38,649 nucleotides of DNA, filler included, from Desulfobacterales bacterium (GCA_040771865.1; 4 parts of 4 records of this genome joined end to end with filler, not necessarily neighbours in it), one strand, 5' to 3'. Positions 1-8,778 are shown, counted from the first letter of the whole stretch. Numbers and translations: made by a program. Notes: generated by a model not told the origin, from the letters alone.

Positions 1-77
1 CGGGGTAGGGGGGATGACAAAAGCCGTTGCCGGACGGCAGAAATTGCGGGTGATTCCGTGGATATGAGTTGCTGCCC

Positions 78-106
78 TTGCCAATCGCGTCTTGTGCGTA
101 TATGAT
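78..106 (+). promoter_or_regulatory. Putative sigma70 promoter of the sigma54-activator gene
   Basis: TTGCCA (78-83), 17 nt spacer, TATGAT (101-106), about 40 nt upstream of ATG 149. It overlaps the TTG at 92, which argues against that start. Confidence 0.55.
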
Positions 107-148
107 AAAAACAATTGCGGCGGTGAAAAAGAAGGCGGGCAATATCTT

Positions 149-1519
149 ATGACCGAGTCAAAGCATCCAATACAACCGGGACAGGTCACGGACGTCATTC
201 TGGAGAGCATCTCGGAAGGGGTGTTCACGGTGGACAACGAATGGCGGATCACATCCTTTAACCGGGCTGCGGAAGTGATTACCGGCGTTCCCCGAAAGGA
301 AGCCATCGGCAAGCATTGCTGGGATGTGTTTCGCTCCAACATGTGCGGCGAGGACTGCGCGCTGCGCAAGACCATGAAGCTCAAAAAAAGCCTGCTGGAC
401 ACATCCACCTATATTGTCAACGGAGATGGAAGGCGGACACCGGTGGTAGTCTGCACGTCGGTTCTCAAGGATGAAGAAGGCAGAATTCTGGGCGGCGTGG
501 AAACGTTCCGTGACATGAGTCTGATTGAAGAGTTGCGCAAGGAAATTGACGCCCGCCACCAGTCGGGTGACATGGTGAGCACCAGCCCCGCGATGCTGAA
601 AATTTTTTCCATTCTGCCGCAGATCGCTGAAAGCGGCTCGTCGGTGCTGATTTGGGGTGAAACGGGAACGGGAAAGGAACTACTGGCCCGTGCCATCCAT
701 CATCTAAGCCCGAGACGCAAAAATCCTTTCGTAGCCGTTAACTGCGCGGCTCTTCCGGACACGCTTCTGGAATCGGAACTTTTCGGATACAAGGCGGGTG
801 CGTTTACCGATGCGAAACGCGACAAGGCCGGAATTTTTGCTGTGGCCCGGGGCGGCAGCCTTTTTCTGGATGAAATCGGCGAGATTAGTCCGGCGTTTCA
901 GGTTCGCCTGCTGCGGGTTCTTCAGGATCAGGTTTTTCATCCCCTGGGCGCGACCCGCGATGAAAAAACCGACGTGCGCATCATTGCCGCAACGAACAAG
1001 AATTTACAGGAAAGGGTCGGAGACGGAGCCTTTCGTGAGGACTTGTATTACCGGATCAACGTGGTGAGTCTGTACCTGCCGCCGCTTCGCGAACGCCGGG
1101 AGGATATTCCGCTTTTGGTTGATCATTTTGTCCGTAAAAAAAATTTGCTGCGCGGCAAAAAAATTTCCGGTCTGGAGCCGGAAGCGCTTGCCGTCTTGAT
1201 GGCCTACCATTTTCCGGGAAATATTCGGGAGCTGGAAAATGCCATTGAGCATGCGTTTGTTTTGTGCCGCGAGGGACGGATTACAGCGCATTGCCTGCCG
1301 GATTCAATGTTGGGAAGTTTCGGAGGCGCCACAACACCGCTTGCACCGACCGGAGCCGTCAGAGCAATGGAAACCCGCGCGATTTTAGAGGCTCTCACGC
1401 GCAACGGCGGGAACCGGGTGGCCGCCGCCCGAGATCTGGGCATGCACAAAAGTACGTTTTTCCGGAAAGTCAAAAATTTGGGCATCGAACTTCCTTCAAG
1501 AGACGGGCGGTCCCGTTAA
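149..1519 (+). CDS. PAS-domain sigma54-dependent transcriptional activator (Fis-type HTH), OrpR-like
   Basis: N-terminal PAS with C-X8-C-X3-C (CWDVFRSNMCGEDC), Walker A GETGTGKE, ESELFG..GAFTDA (GAFTGA variant), Walker B LFLDEIGE, FREDLYYRINV, PGNIRELEN, C-terminal HTH AARDLGMHKSTFFRK. Start moved to ATG 149 (MTESK). Confidence 0.95.
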   Translation: MTESKHPIQPGQVTDVILESISEGVFTVDNEWRITSFNRAAEVITGVPRKEAIGKHCWDVFRSNMCGEDCALRKTMKLKKSLLDTSTYIVNGDGRRTPVVVCTSVLKDEEGRILGGVETFRDMSLIEELRKEIDARHQSGDMVSTSPAMLKIFSILPQIAESGSSVLIWGETGTGKELLARAIHHLSPRRKNPFVAVNCAALPDTLLESELFGYKAGAFTDAKRDKAGIFAVARGGSLFLDEIGEISPAFQVRLLRVLQDQVFHPLGATRDEKTDVRIIAATNKNLQERVGDGAFREDLYYRINVVSLYLPPLRERREDIPLLVDHFVRKKNLLRGKKISGLEPEALAVLMAYHFPGNIRELENAIEHAFVLCREGRITAHCLPDSMLGSFGGATTPLAPTGAVRAMETRAILEALTRNGGNRVAAARDLGMHKSTFFRKVKNLGIELPSRDGRSR

Positions 1520-1533
1520 ATTCATTTGTAATC

Positions 1534-1582
1534 GTCTCTGCAATGCGACTCTATCGATTGTATCAGTCGCATTGATGCGACT
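1534..1582. promoter_or_regulatory. Paired palindromic enhancer (UAS) sites, consensus GTCGCA-N4-TGCGAC
   Basis: GTCTCT-GCAA-TGCGAC (1534-1549) and perfect A-GTCGCA-TTGA-TGCGAC-T (1565-1582), cores 32 bp apart, about 114 bp upstream of a sigma54 -24 element. The same pair recurs at 9824-9871. Confidence 0.8.
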
Positions 1583-1677
1583 ATAAATGTGAATCTTGAA
1601 GGTTCCCTGCAAAAGTTTCTAGCTTTTAAGTATATGTATTTACTTATCTATTATATATCTGTGTAAATAATCAGGAC

Positions 1678-1694
1678 CTGGCATATATAATGCT
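1678..1694 (+). promoter_or_regulatory. sigma54 (-24/-12) promoter
   Basis: CTGGCATATATAATGCT: GG 1680-81, exactly 10 nt, GC 1692-93. An AT-rich tract (about 1620-1670) lies between it and the UAS. Confidence 0.85.
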
Positions 1695-1708
1695 ACTTGT
1701 TGATGGTG

Positions 1709-2098
1709 ATGAACGGATACCGTCGAACAATTGCTTTGGCCGTGTGGGGTGACCTGATTTCACCCGTTTTCGATTCAGCGCGAACGATTTTGCTTGCGCA
1801 GGTTGAAGACGGGAAGGTGGTTTCCACGAGAACGGAGCCCATGGGGCCGGAATTGCCCTATTCGCGTGCTTCGAGATTATCCGAGTGGGGCACGCAGGTT
1901 TTGATCTGCGGGGCGATTTCGACGGACTTTTCGAGGACACTGGAAGTTTCCGGAATCGAAGTGATCGGGTTTGTTTCCGGTAATGCACGGCAGGTTTTGG
2001 AGGCTTACTTGAGGCAAATGCCGATCGGCCAGGCCTTCCGGATGCCCGGTTGCCTCGGCCAGGGCCGCCGCAGACGATTTCGCGGCGGAAGAGAATAA
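1709..2098 (+). CDS. NifB/NifX (FeMo-co biosynthesis / MTH1175-like) family protein
   Basis: IALAVWGDLISPVFDSA, VLICGAIS, GIEVIGFVSG, C-terminal MPGC plus Arg/Gly tail. Start uncertain (1697/1703/1706/1709); 1709 chosen because 1697 and 1703 lie upstream of the predicted +1 (about 1705). Confidence 0.8.
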   Translation: MNGYRRTIALAVWGDLISPVFDSARTILLAQVEDGKVVSTRTEPMGPELPYSRASRLSEWGTQVLICGAISTDFSRTLEVSGIEVIGFVSGNARQVLEAYLRQMPIGQAFRMPGCLGQGRRRRFRGGRE

Positions 2099-2126
2099 GG
2101 ATTCATCAACAAAGAAGGAGGTTTAT

Positions 2127-2510
2127 ATGCCAAGAGGAGATCAAACAGGTCCTGCAGGGTTAGGACCGATGACGGGAAGAGCCGCGGGTTTTTGTGCGGG
2201 ATATGCAACGCCCGGATTTGCCAATCCGGTTTTAGGCCGCGGATACGGCGCGGGCTTTGGCCGGGGCCTGGGGCTGGGGTTCCGGGGTGGTCGCGGCGGT
2301 CGCGGCGGTCGCGGCGGCTGGGGCGGACGCTTCGCGGCGCCTTATGCCGGCTATGGATATGCCGCGCCGGCGGTAGCGCCTGCCTGGGCGGCGCCAACGC
2401 GCGAGCAGGAGGTCAGCGCGCTCCAGGGACAGGCGAAATATTTTGAAGACGCGCTGGCGGATATCAAAAAGCGTCTGGCTGATCTGGAAAGCGAAAAAAA
2501 CGTTAAGTAG
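2127..2510 (+). CDS. DUF5320 family protein (RGG-rich, C-terminal coiled coil), copy 1
   Basis: MPRGDQTGPAGLGPMTGRAAGFC signature, GFRGGRGGRGGRGG tract, EQEVSALQGQAKYFEDALADIKKRLADLE heptads, RBS AGGAGG. Confidence 0.88.
   Translation: MPRGDQTGPAGLGPMTGRAAGFCAGYATPGFANPVLGRGYGAGFGRGLGLGFRGGRGGRGGRGGWGGRFAAPYAGYGYAAPAVAPAWAAPTREQEVSALQGQAKYFEDALADIKKRLADLESEKNVK
2289..2315 (+). repeat. Three perfect tandem copies of GGTCGCGGC encoding (GRG)3
   Basis: Read directly at 2289-2297, 2298-2306 and 2307-2315. The paralog at 10172 lacks this expansion. Confidence 0.9.
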
Positions 2511-2539
2511 TAACCTTCCTTTTTGCAAACAGAAATTCG

Positions 2540-2574
2540 AAAACCGGTCGCCGGAAATCCGGCGGCTGGTTTTT
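2540..2574 (+). terminator. Stem-loop with T tract between DUF5320 and the ORP-like gene (terminator or mRNA-stabilising hairpin)
   Basis: AAAACCGGTCGCCGG-AAAT-CCGGCGGCTGGTTTTT; the stem pairs with G-U wobbles. Confidence 0.55.
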
Positions 2575-2594
2575 GAATCAAGGAGAGAAATTTT

Positions 2595-3062
2595 ATGAAA
2601 ATTGCTGTGACCTCCAACGGTCCCTCGTTGGATGCTGTTGTCGATGCGCGATTCGGACGTTGCGCTTATTTTTTGGTGATTGACCCGGAAACGTTGGAAT
2701 TTGAGGCGATTTCCAACCCCAATATTGCTTTAGGCGGGGGTGCGGGCATCCAGTCCGCGCAACTTCTGGCCAACAAAAGCGTGGAAGTCGTGCTGACCGG
2801 AAACTGCGGCCCTAATGCGTTTCAAACCTTCGGCGCGGCCGGCGTCCGCGTCATCACCGGCGTGAGCGGAACGGTACGGCAGGCGGTTGAATTGTATAAA
2901 ACAGGAAACCTGTCCGGCGCGTCCGAGCCCAACGTCCAAAGTCACTTCGGTACCGGCGCAGGTGCGGGCCGCGGGATGGGTGGCGGCAGAGGCCGTGGAA
3001 TGGGCGGCGGCGGTAGAGGTGGCGGAATGGGCGGTGGCGGCGGAAGGGGCTTCGGCGTTTAA
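2595..3062 (+). CDS. Orange-protein-like NifB/NifX family protein with Gly/Arg-rich tail
   Basis: MKIAVTSNGPSLDAVVDARFGRCAYF, GAGIQSAQ, VLTGNCGPNAF and GTVRQAVE match recalled MTH1175/ORP family motifs. Tail GRGMGGGRGRGMGGGGRGGG; RBS AGGAG. Confidence 0.9.
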   Translation: MKIAVTSNGPSLDAVVDARFGRCAYFLVIDPETLEFEAISNPNIALGGGAGIQSAQLLANKSVEVVLTGNCGPNAFQTFGAAGVRVITGVSGTVRQAVELYKTGNLSGASEPNVQSHFGTGAGAGRGMGGGRGRGMGGGGRGGGMGGGGGRGFGV

Positions 3063-3192
3063 TGCTTGCCTAACTGAATGCTTAAAAAAGATTTGCCCTG
3101 ACACAGCCCCTTTGAAACAAATGTCTCATAAAGCTATTCTGATTCAAAGACGGGCATTTTGAAGAACAATAAAACAAAAAAGGAGAAAGCGT

Positions 3193-4656
3193 ATGGCCCT
3201 GATGAATGCCAATCAGTATGAGGATAGCTTAAGAAAGTTGCATCTGGATGTCTGGATGTTCGGGAAAAAAGTTGAAAATGTGGTGGATGATCCCATCATC
3301 CGGCCGTCCATGAATGCCGTGGCCCTGACTTACGAATTGGCGCACAAACCCGAATACGAAGACCTCATGACGACGATCTCTCCCCTGACCGGAAAAAAGG
3401 TCAACCGCTTCTGCCATATTCACCAAAACACCCAGGATCTGGTCAAAAAAACAAAAATGGGCCGTCTTCTGGGATACCATACCGGCTGCTGTTTTCAGCG
3501 CTGCGTCGGAATGGACACACTTAACGCCCTGTCGATTACGACTTACAATATCGATCAAAAATACGGCACGGAATACAACAAGCGTTTTCTTACATATCTT
3601 GCGTATGTGCAGGACAACGACCTCACCTGCTGCGGGGCCATGACCGACACGAAAGGCGACCGGTCGCTTGCTCCGCATCAGCAGAAGGACCCGGACATGT
3701 TCCTGCACGTCGTTGAAGAACGCAAGGACGGCATCGTGGTCTGCGGCAACAAAGACCATCAGACCGGCGCGGTCAATTCCCACGAGATCATCACCATGCC
3801 CACCATCACCATGCGGGCGGAAGACAAGGACTATGCGATTTCGTTTGCGATCCCCAGCGACACGAAAGGCCTGACCTACATCATGGGCCGTCAGTCGTGC
3901 GACACCCGCAAGCTCGAAGGCATGACGCTTGACCGCGGCAATATGCACTACGGCGGCCATGAGGCGCTGGTGGTGTTCGATCACGTATTTGTTCCGTGGG
4001 AACGGGTATTCATGTACAAGGAATTCGATTTCTCCACGGAGCTGGTGGAAAATTTCGCGGCCTACCACCGCCAGAGCTACGCGTGCAAAAGCGGCGTGGG
4101 CGACGTGCTGATCGGCGCCACGCAGACCATCGCAGAGTATAACGGTGTGGAAAAGGCGGCGCACGTCAAGGACAAGATCGTGGAAATGAATCACCTCAAC
4201 GAAACGCTTTACTGCGGGAGCATCGCCTGCGCCTCCGAAGGGCACAAGGAGGCCTGCGGAACCTATCTGGTGGATGTGCTTTTGGCCAATATCAGCAAAC
4301 ACAACGTCACCCGCTTTCCCTACCTGATCGCCCGACTCGCCCAGGACATTGCGGGAGGTATTATGGTCACGCTGCCGTCGGCGGCGGATTTCGATTCGCC
4401 CGAAGTCGGCAAGTGGCTCAAGAAATATTACCAGGGCAAAGCCGATGTCAACACGGAAGACCGGATGCGCATTTTAAGACTCATTGAAAATTTAACCCTG
4501 GGCACGGCCGCCGTGGGGTATTTGACGGAATCGATGCATGGCGCGGGCTCGCCTCAGGCGCAGCGCATTATGATTACCCGGAGGATCAACTTAAAGGAAA
4601 AACAAAAAATCGCCAAGCAGCTTTGCGGCATTGAAAAGGGGGATCAGCTAACCTGA
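3193..4656 (+). CDS. abfD: 4-hydroxybutyryl-CoA dehydratase / vinylacetyl-CoA delta-isomerase ([4Fe-4S]/FAD; HpaB structural family)
   Basis: CFQRCVGMD and YHRQSYACK supply the 3Cys+His Fe-S ligands. GAMTDTKGDR, HQTG, GRQSCDTRK and ESMHGAGSPQAQR are colinear with recalled clostridial AbfD. Confidence 0.9.
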   Translation: MALMNANQYEDSLRKLHLDVWMFGKKVENVVDDPIIRPSMNAVALTYELAHKPEYEDLMTTISPLTGKKVNRFCHIHQNTQDLVKKTKMGRLLGYHTGCCFQRCVGMDTLNALSITTYNIDQKYGTEYNKRFLTYLAYVQDNDLTCCGAMTDTKGDRSLAPHQQKDPDMFLHVVEERKDGIVVCGNKDHQTGAVNSHEIITMPTITMRAEDKDYAISFAIPSDTKGLTYIMGRQSCDTRKLEGMTLDRGNMHYGGHEALVVFDHVFVPWERVFMYKEFDFSTELVENFAAYHRQSYACKSGVGDVLIGATQTIAEYNGVEKAAHVKDKIVEMNHLNETLYCGSIACASEGHKEACGTYLVDVLLANISKHNVTRFPYLIARLAQDIAGGIMVTLPSAADFDSPEVGKWLKKYYQGKADVNTEDRMRILRLIENLTLGTAAVGYLTESMHGAGSPQAQRIMITRRINLKEKQKIAKQLCGIEKGDQLT

Positions 4657-4720
4657 TAAAGGCTGACGGGTAGATTTCCGGGCGGGAAAATGGTTTTCCA
4701 CCCCCAAAAGGAGATGTGAG

Positions 4721-5251
4721 TTGTCCAAAGGCGCATTCGAGCTCGCAAATAAAATCAGGATTGGGCTGAAGTATTGCGGGGGGTGCAAACCCGAATATGA
4801 CCGGGTGCAGGCGGTGGTGTTGATCAGGGAACGCTTGCAGGAAGAAATCGAACTGGTTTCGCACGAGGAACCGGACACGCATGGAACGCTCGTCGTCGCC
4901 GGCTGTCCGACTGCCTGCGTCGATCTGACGCCGTTTGCCGGGCGTCCGGTCTGGGTGGTGACCAGCCTCTCGGACGTTGAGGAATTTGTCCAAAGGACCA
5001 GATTGTCGCCATCCTGGATAAAATCTTTCTCTCAGGAGGTAGAAATGCGGCCAACATGCAAGGCCAGTGAAATTGAAACAGGTTATCACCCGTCGGGGTT
5101 CAGAATTGATAAGACGGGGGCGCCCTTGGATCGCTATACCCAGTGGGAAATCGACGCAAAAGGCCGCTGGCACAGCGCCAAACCCGTCTGTTTTCACACC
5201 TTGCCTGAACAGGGTTGGATGAAAGACGACCCTGCGGCAGACAAACGTTGA
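4721..5251 (+). CDS. Hypothetical Cys-motif protein (KYCGGC...GCPTAC), possibly two genes in one frame
   Basis: N-part IGLKYCGGCKPEYDR and VVAGCPTACVD. An internal in-frame ATG at 5045 has an AGGAGG RBS at 5034-5039. Confidence 0.65.
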   Translation: MSKGAFELANKIRIGLKYCGGCKPEYDRVQAVVLIRERLQEEIELVSHEEPDTHGTLVVAGCPTACVDLTPFAGRPVWVVTSLSDVEEFVQRTRLSPSWIKSFSQEVEMRPTCKASEIETGYHPSGFRIDKTGAPLDRYTQWEIDAKGRWHSAKPVCFHTLPEQGWMKDDPAADKR

Positions 5252-5365
5252 GGAAATCACCGGTTGGAAAAAAATCTCCATGCCGCCGACGCTTTTCGTA
5301 ATCATCCGGGCGTTTACCCCCGGTGTATGAGCGTCATCCGTAATCATCCACTTTTGGTGTAAATT

Positions 5366-6034
5366 ATGAAAATTCTACTGGCCTATTATTCCCGCACCGA
5401 TTGCACAAAGAAGGTGATGGATAACGTAAAAGACAGGCTGGTCAGACTCGGTCATTCGGTGGAAGTCGAACATTTACAGGTGATGCGGGAATCCTCCTGT
5501 GTCGGTGAAATCTGGAAAGATCTGCACCATTATCCGCTTATTTTTCTAAGTTCATTCAAAGCCTCCTGGCGGAAAAAGTATCTGGCAAGCTATACCCAGA
5601 TCGAAGAGGATATCGCCCCCCTGCGATATCCAGATGTTTCGGCGTTTGACCGCATTTGCATCGGTGGCCCCAAGTGGGCGCAGATTTCGTATCCCGTGGC
5701 GCGATACCTGCGCACGGTTCGGGGCCTGGCGGGAAAGAAAATCGGGTCGGTGGCCACGTTTGGCGGCCCGCCGCTGCCGTTTTTCGAACTGGCCATGATC
5801 GAAAAAGCAATGACCCGGATGGCAAGCGAAAGAGGCGCCTCCATCATCGCCCATCTTGGCCTTTCCAGCGCGTATCATGAGCTGGGAATCATGCCGCTGT
5901 TTCGATGCGCAAGCCGCCTCATTTTACATCAACCTATCGAGTCTTTTATGATCGGATCAGATTACGCAAACCATTTAACGCGGCAATTCTGTGACAAGAT
6001 TGCCGGGACGCAGGAGGAAAATCCATGTTTCTAA
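5366..6034 (+). CDS. Flavodoxin-like fold protein
   Basis: MKILLAYYSRTDCT (variant FMN phosphate loop), FDRICIGGPKW, LAGKKIGSVATFGG. Confidence 0.7.
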   Translation: MKILLAYYSRTDCTKKVMDNVKDRLVRLGHSVEVEHLQVMRESSCVGEIWKDLHHYPLIFLSSFKASWRKKYLASYTQIEEDIAPLRYPDVSAFDRICIGGPKWAQISYPVARYLRTVRGLAGKKIGSVATFGGPPLPFFELAMIEKAMTRMASERGASIIAHLGLSSAYHELGIMPLFRCASRLILHQPIESFMIGSDYANHLTRQFCDKIAGTQEENPCF

Positions 6035-6963
6035 AGTTATGGATGGATCGTCAGCGGGCCGAAAAAGAACGCAACGCCCGGAGTTATTCGCGCATTGAAA
6101 ATCCCGGATCCGTCGCGTCCCTGACGGTTTTGCCGCTGGTCGATTTTAAAAGCACGTTTCCGGAAGCGAAGACGGAACCCGGCGTCTCGTATCTTCTGAC
6201 AGCGGGAAATTTTAAAGTACTGATGGATGTCGGCTACAACGCCAAAGGGGAGCATCCCTCCCCGCTGATCTCTAATATGAAGCTGTTCGGCGTTAACCTG
6301 GCCGACATCAATGCCCTGTTTGTCTCGCACCATCATCTGGATCACTTAGGCGGCAGCAGGGATCAGAGAAATCATACGTTCAGCCTCTCCAACGGCCCCG
6401 TCGATTTTCCTGCCGTACCGGTCTATTCTCCGCTGCCGATTAAACCCTCGCCGATGAACGCCAACCCCGCCTCGGAAATTCGCGTGTCGCTGGATCCGGT
6501 GGAGCTGGCACCCGGGGTGTACGGCATTGGCAGCATTCCCCGCGCCCTGTTTCTGATGGGATATACCGAAGAGCAGGCCCTCGCCGTCCACGTGGCCGGA
6601 AAAGGCCTCGTGTTGATTATCGGGTGTGGACACCAGACCGTGGAGCGTGTCGTTGAACGGGCCAAACAACTTTTTGATTTGCCGATCTACGGCATTATCG
6701 GAGGTCTGCATTTTCCCGTCCACGGCGGACGCATCATGATCGGCCCCATCAACGCCCAGGCCCTTGTCGGCTCGGACCGGATGCCGTGGGACGGCATCAA
6801 TGAAAACGATGTACGGCAGGCCATTCGCGCCATTGCGGAGGCGAAAGTAAAATGCGTATCTCTGTCCGCCCATGACAGCTCCGACTGGGCGATCGACCAG
6901 TTTAAAAAAGCCTTCGGGCCGGCCTATGTGGATTTGTCGGTGGGAACGCCCATCGAAATATAA
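6025..6963 (+). CDS. MBL-fold metallohydrolase (COG1237-like)
   Basis: VLMDVG, SHHHLDHLGG, EQAL, IIGCGH, IIGGLH, SAHDS. Overlaps the upstream gene; RBS AGGAGG. Confidence 0.88.
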   Translation: MFLKLWMDRQRAEKERNARSYSRIENPGSVASLTVLPLVDFKSTFPEAKTEPGVSYLLTAGNFKVLMDVGYNAKGEHPSPLISNMKLFGVNLADINALFVSHHHLDHLGGSRDQRNHTFSLSNGPVDFPAVPVYSPLPIKPSPMNANPASEIRVSLDPVELAPGVYGIGSIPRALFLMGYTEEQALAVHVAGKGLVLIIGCGHQTVERVVERAKQLFDLPIYGIIGGLHFPVHGGRIMIGPINAQALVGSDRMPWDGINENDVRQAIRAIAEAKVKCVSLSAHDSSDWAIDQFKKAFGPAYVDLSVGTPIEI

Positions 6964-7023
6964 ACCATTCACGAAGGGAGGGGCTTTAGATGGAAGAACA
7001 GAAGAGAGAGGGGAGGAGGACAT

Positions 7024-7599
7024 ATGGTTCTGGTAGATAAAAATCAATGCGTCGGTTGCGGAATTTGCGTCTCTGTCTGTCCGGAAGCGATCACATTGAA
7101 AACGGAAAAAGGGTTTGCGGAAATTGTGATGGAAAGGATGGACTGTCTGTGGAAAGTGATGAAGGCCTGCCCTCAAAACGCCATTAAGGAAATCAAAGAC
7201 CGGTTGTTTTTTGCCATCGGGACCGATGATCATCAAACCATTAAATCAAACGATCATGTGGGCAAATCCGCTTATTTTGACATTTTTGAATATTTTGAGG
7301 GGACGTTGGTTTTCCGGGAAACCCGGGAGAATCCCAAATACAGAGAGGATGAGACAAAAGTTCACGGCGACCCCGGCAAAGCGAAAGCGACGGTTTCCGC
7401 CCTGGCGGGCGTGGATGTGCTGGTCGGCCGGCTGATGGGGCCCAATATCGTCCGATTGAAAAATAAATTTGTATGCGCGATTGTCAGAAAAAAGGAAATC
7501 GCCGAAGCAAAGAATGTCATTGTGGAAAATATTTGCGCTATCATCCATGAAAAAAGCAAGAAAGACGGCAAAGACCGAAGGGGCATTATTCTGACCTGA
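7024..7599 (+). CDS. 4Fe-4S ferredoxin domain fused to a NifB/NifX family domain
   Basis: CVGCGICVSVCP (complete motif), degenerate second motif DCLWKVMKACP, then FAIGTDD..DHVGKSAYFDIF..ENP..VDVLVGRLMGP (NifX-like). Confidence 0.8.
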   Translation: MVLVDKNQCVGCGICVSVCPEAITLKTEKGFAEIVMERMDCLWKVMKACPQNAIKEIKDRLFFAIGTDDHQTIKSNDHVGKSAYFDIFEYFEGTLVFRETRENPKYREDETKVHGDPGKAKATVSALAGVDVLVGRLMGPNIVRLKNKFVCAIVRKKEIAEAKNVIVENICAIIHEKSKKDGKDRRGIILT

Positions 7600-7632
7600 C
7601 TAAACGGGCTCTTTGACCGGAAGACATAAGAG

Positions 7633-8778
7633 ATGATCATCAAAATTTTAGGCGCCGAATCTCTGGGGTGTCGCGGACTGTCCTGTCTGGTGGAATTAAA
7701 AAATCGGAAAATCTGCATCGATCCGGGCGTTGCCTTGGGCTGGTCCCGCTATGGTTTTCCGCCGCATCCTTTTCAGGTTGCCGTTGGAGCGGCCATCAGG
7801 GAAAACATCATTGATGCATTAAAAGAGGCGACGGACGTTGTGATCAGCCATTTCGACGGCGACCATTGTCCCCTTTTGAATCCGAATCCCTACCAACTGG
7901 GGATAGCGCAAGTGAAAACAAGTCTGGCGCATTGCCGGATCCGGGCCAAGGGGCCCGACGACTGTCCATCCATCCAGCAGGAACGAAGAAAGGAACTGGC
8001 CTTTGCGCTCGGCAGGGAGCTTTCCCCTCCGGAAGGCGCAAAAGAATTGGGCCTGGAATTTTCTTTGCCGGTTCCCCACGGGGGAAGCGCAAAAACACAA
8101 AACAGCGTGATGATGACCAGAATAGAAGAGGAAGGCGAAACCTTTGTTCATGCCTCGGATATTCAACTGCTCGAGGAAGAGGCCATTGAAAAAATTCTGG
8201 ACTGGAAGCCGGATATCGTTTTAACTTCGGGACCGGCGCTCTATCAGGAAAACGATTTATCCGCAGCGGAACGCACAAAGCGCGCATGGAATAATGCGTT
8301 GATCTTGTCCCGAAACGTTTCTACGCTGCTCATTGATCATCATCTTTTGAGGTCGGCCGACGGGATGATCTGGCTTCATCAATTAAAGCGTGCCGCTCAA
8401 AATGAAATCCTTTGCGCGGCGGAATTTATGAAAAGAGAGCCTCTGCTTTTGGAAGCCTGGCGAAAAGAACTCTATACATGGCTTCCCGCGCCGATCGATT
8501 GGCGAGAAAAGCACAAGACGGGAACAGTTGACGTCCGTGATTATCGCATCAGGGGTTGGGATGTTTTAATCCATCAGGGAAAGATCAGGCCGTGCAAATG
8601 GTACTTTGCCTGCCCCATAAAAGAATATACGGAAAGGGGAAAACTGGAAAGATACTGGATTGAAAATTATTGTCTGGTGAATAACCGGCGTTGCATACGC
8701 TATCAAATGGAAGAAGACCGACAATCTCATCCGGACAACCTGTTGCCCGATGGAAAAATCAGAAAAACGCTAGAGTAA
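7633..8778 (+). CDS. MBL-fold hydrolase (UPF0282/COG2248-like) with C-terminal Cys-rich domain
   Basis: GAESLGCRG, IDPGVALG, FPPHP, SHFDGDH, VPHG, HASDIQ, IDHHLLR. C-terminal CKWYFACP...YC...C..PDNLLPDG. Confidence 0.82.
   Translation: MIIKILGAESLGCRGLSCLVELKNRKICIDPGVALGWSRYGFPPHPFQVAVGAAIRENIIDALKEATDVVISHFDGDHCPLLNPNPYQLGIAQVKTSLAHCRIRAKGPDDCPSIQQERRKELAFALGRELSPPEGAKELGLEFSLPVPHGGSAKTQNSVMMTRIEEEGETFVHASDIQLLEEEAIEKILDWKPDIVLTSGPALYQENDLSAAERTKRAWNNALILSRNVSTLLIDHHLLRSADGMIWLHQLKRAAQNEILCAAEFMKREPLLLEAWRKELYTWLPAPIDWREKHKTGTVDVRDYRIRGWDVLIHQGKIRPCKWYFACPIKEYTERGKLERYWIENYCLVNNRRCIRYQMEEDRQSHPDNLLPDGKIRKTLE

Noticed and set aside
3229..4302. 357 aa antisense ORF over abfD (similarly 14635-15672, 6346-7236, 4586-5347)
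   Set aside because: Antisense shadows of well-supported genes with no family motifs.
3193..4656. 4-hydroxyphenylacetate 3-monooxygenase annotation
   Set aside because: Same structural family, but the Fe-S ligand motifs CFQRC and HRQSYAC identify the dehydratase type.
5249..5290. Selenocysteine read-through at other TGA stops (4656, 5251, 7599, 11622)
   Set aside because: Three are followed almost immediately by TAA, and none shows a convincing SECIS-like hairpin or a Cys-equivalent context.
1709..7599. Nitrogen-fixation cluster suggested by NifB/NifX and NifU domains
   Set aside because: No nifH, nifD, nifK, nifE, nifN or radical-SAM nifB here; these small domains are widespread in non-diazotrophic anaerobes.
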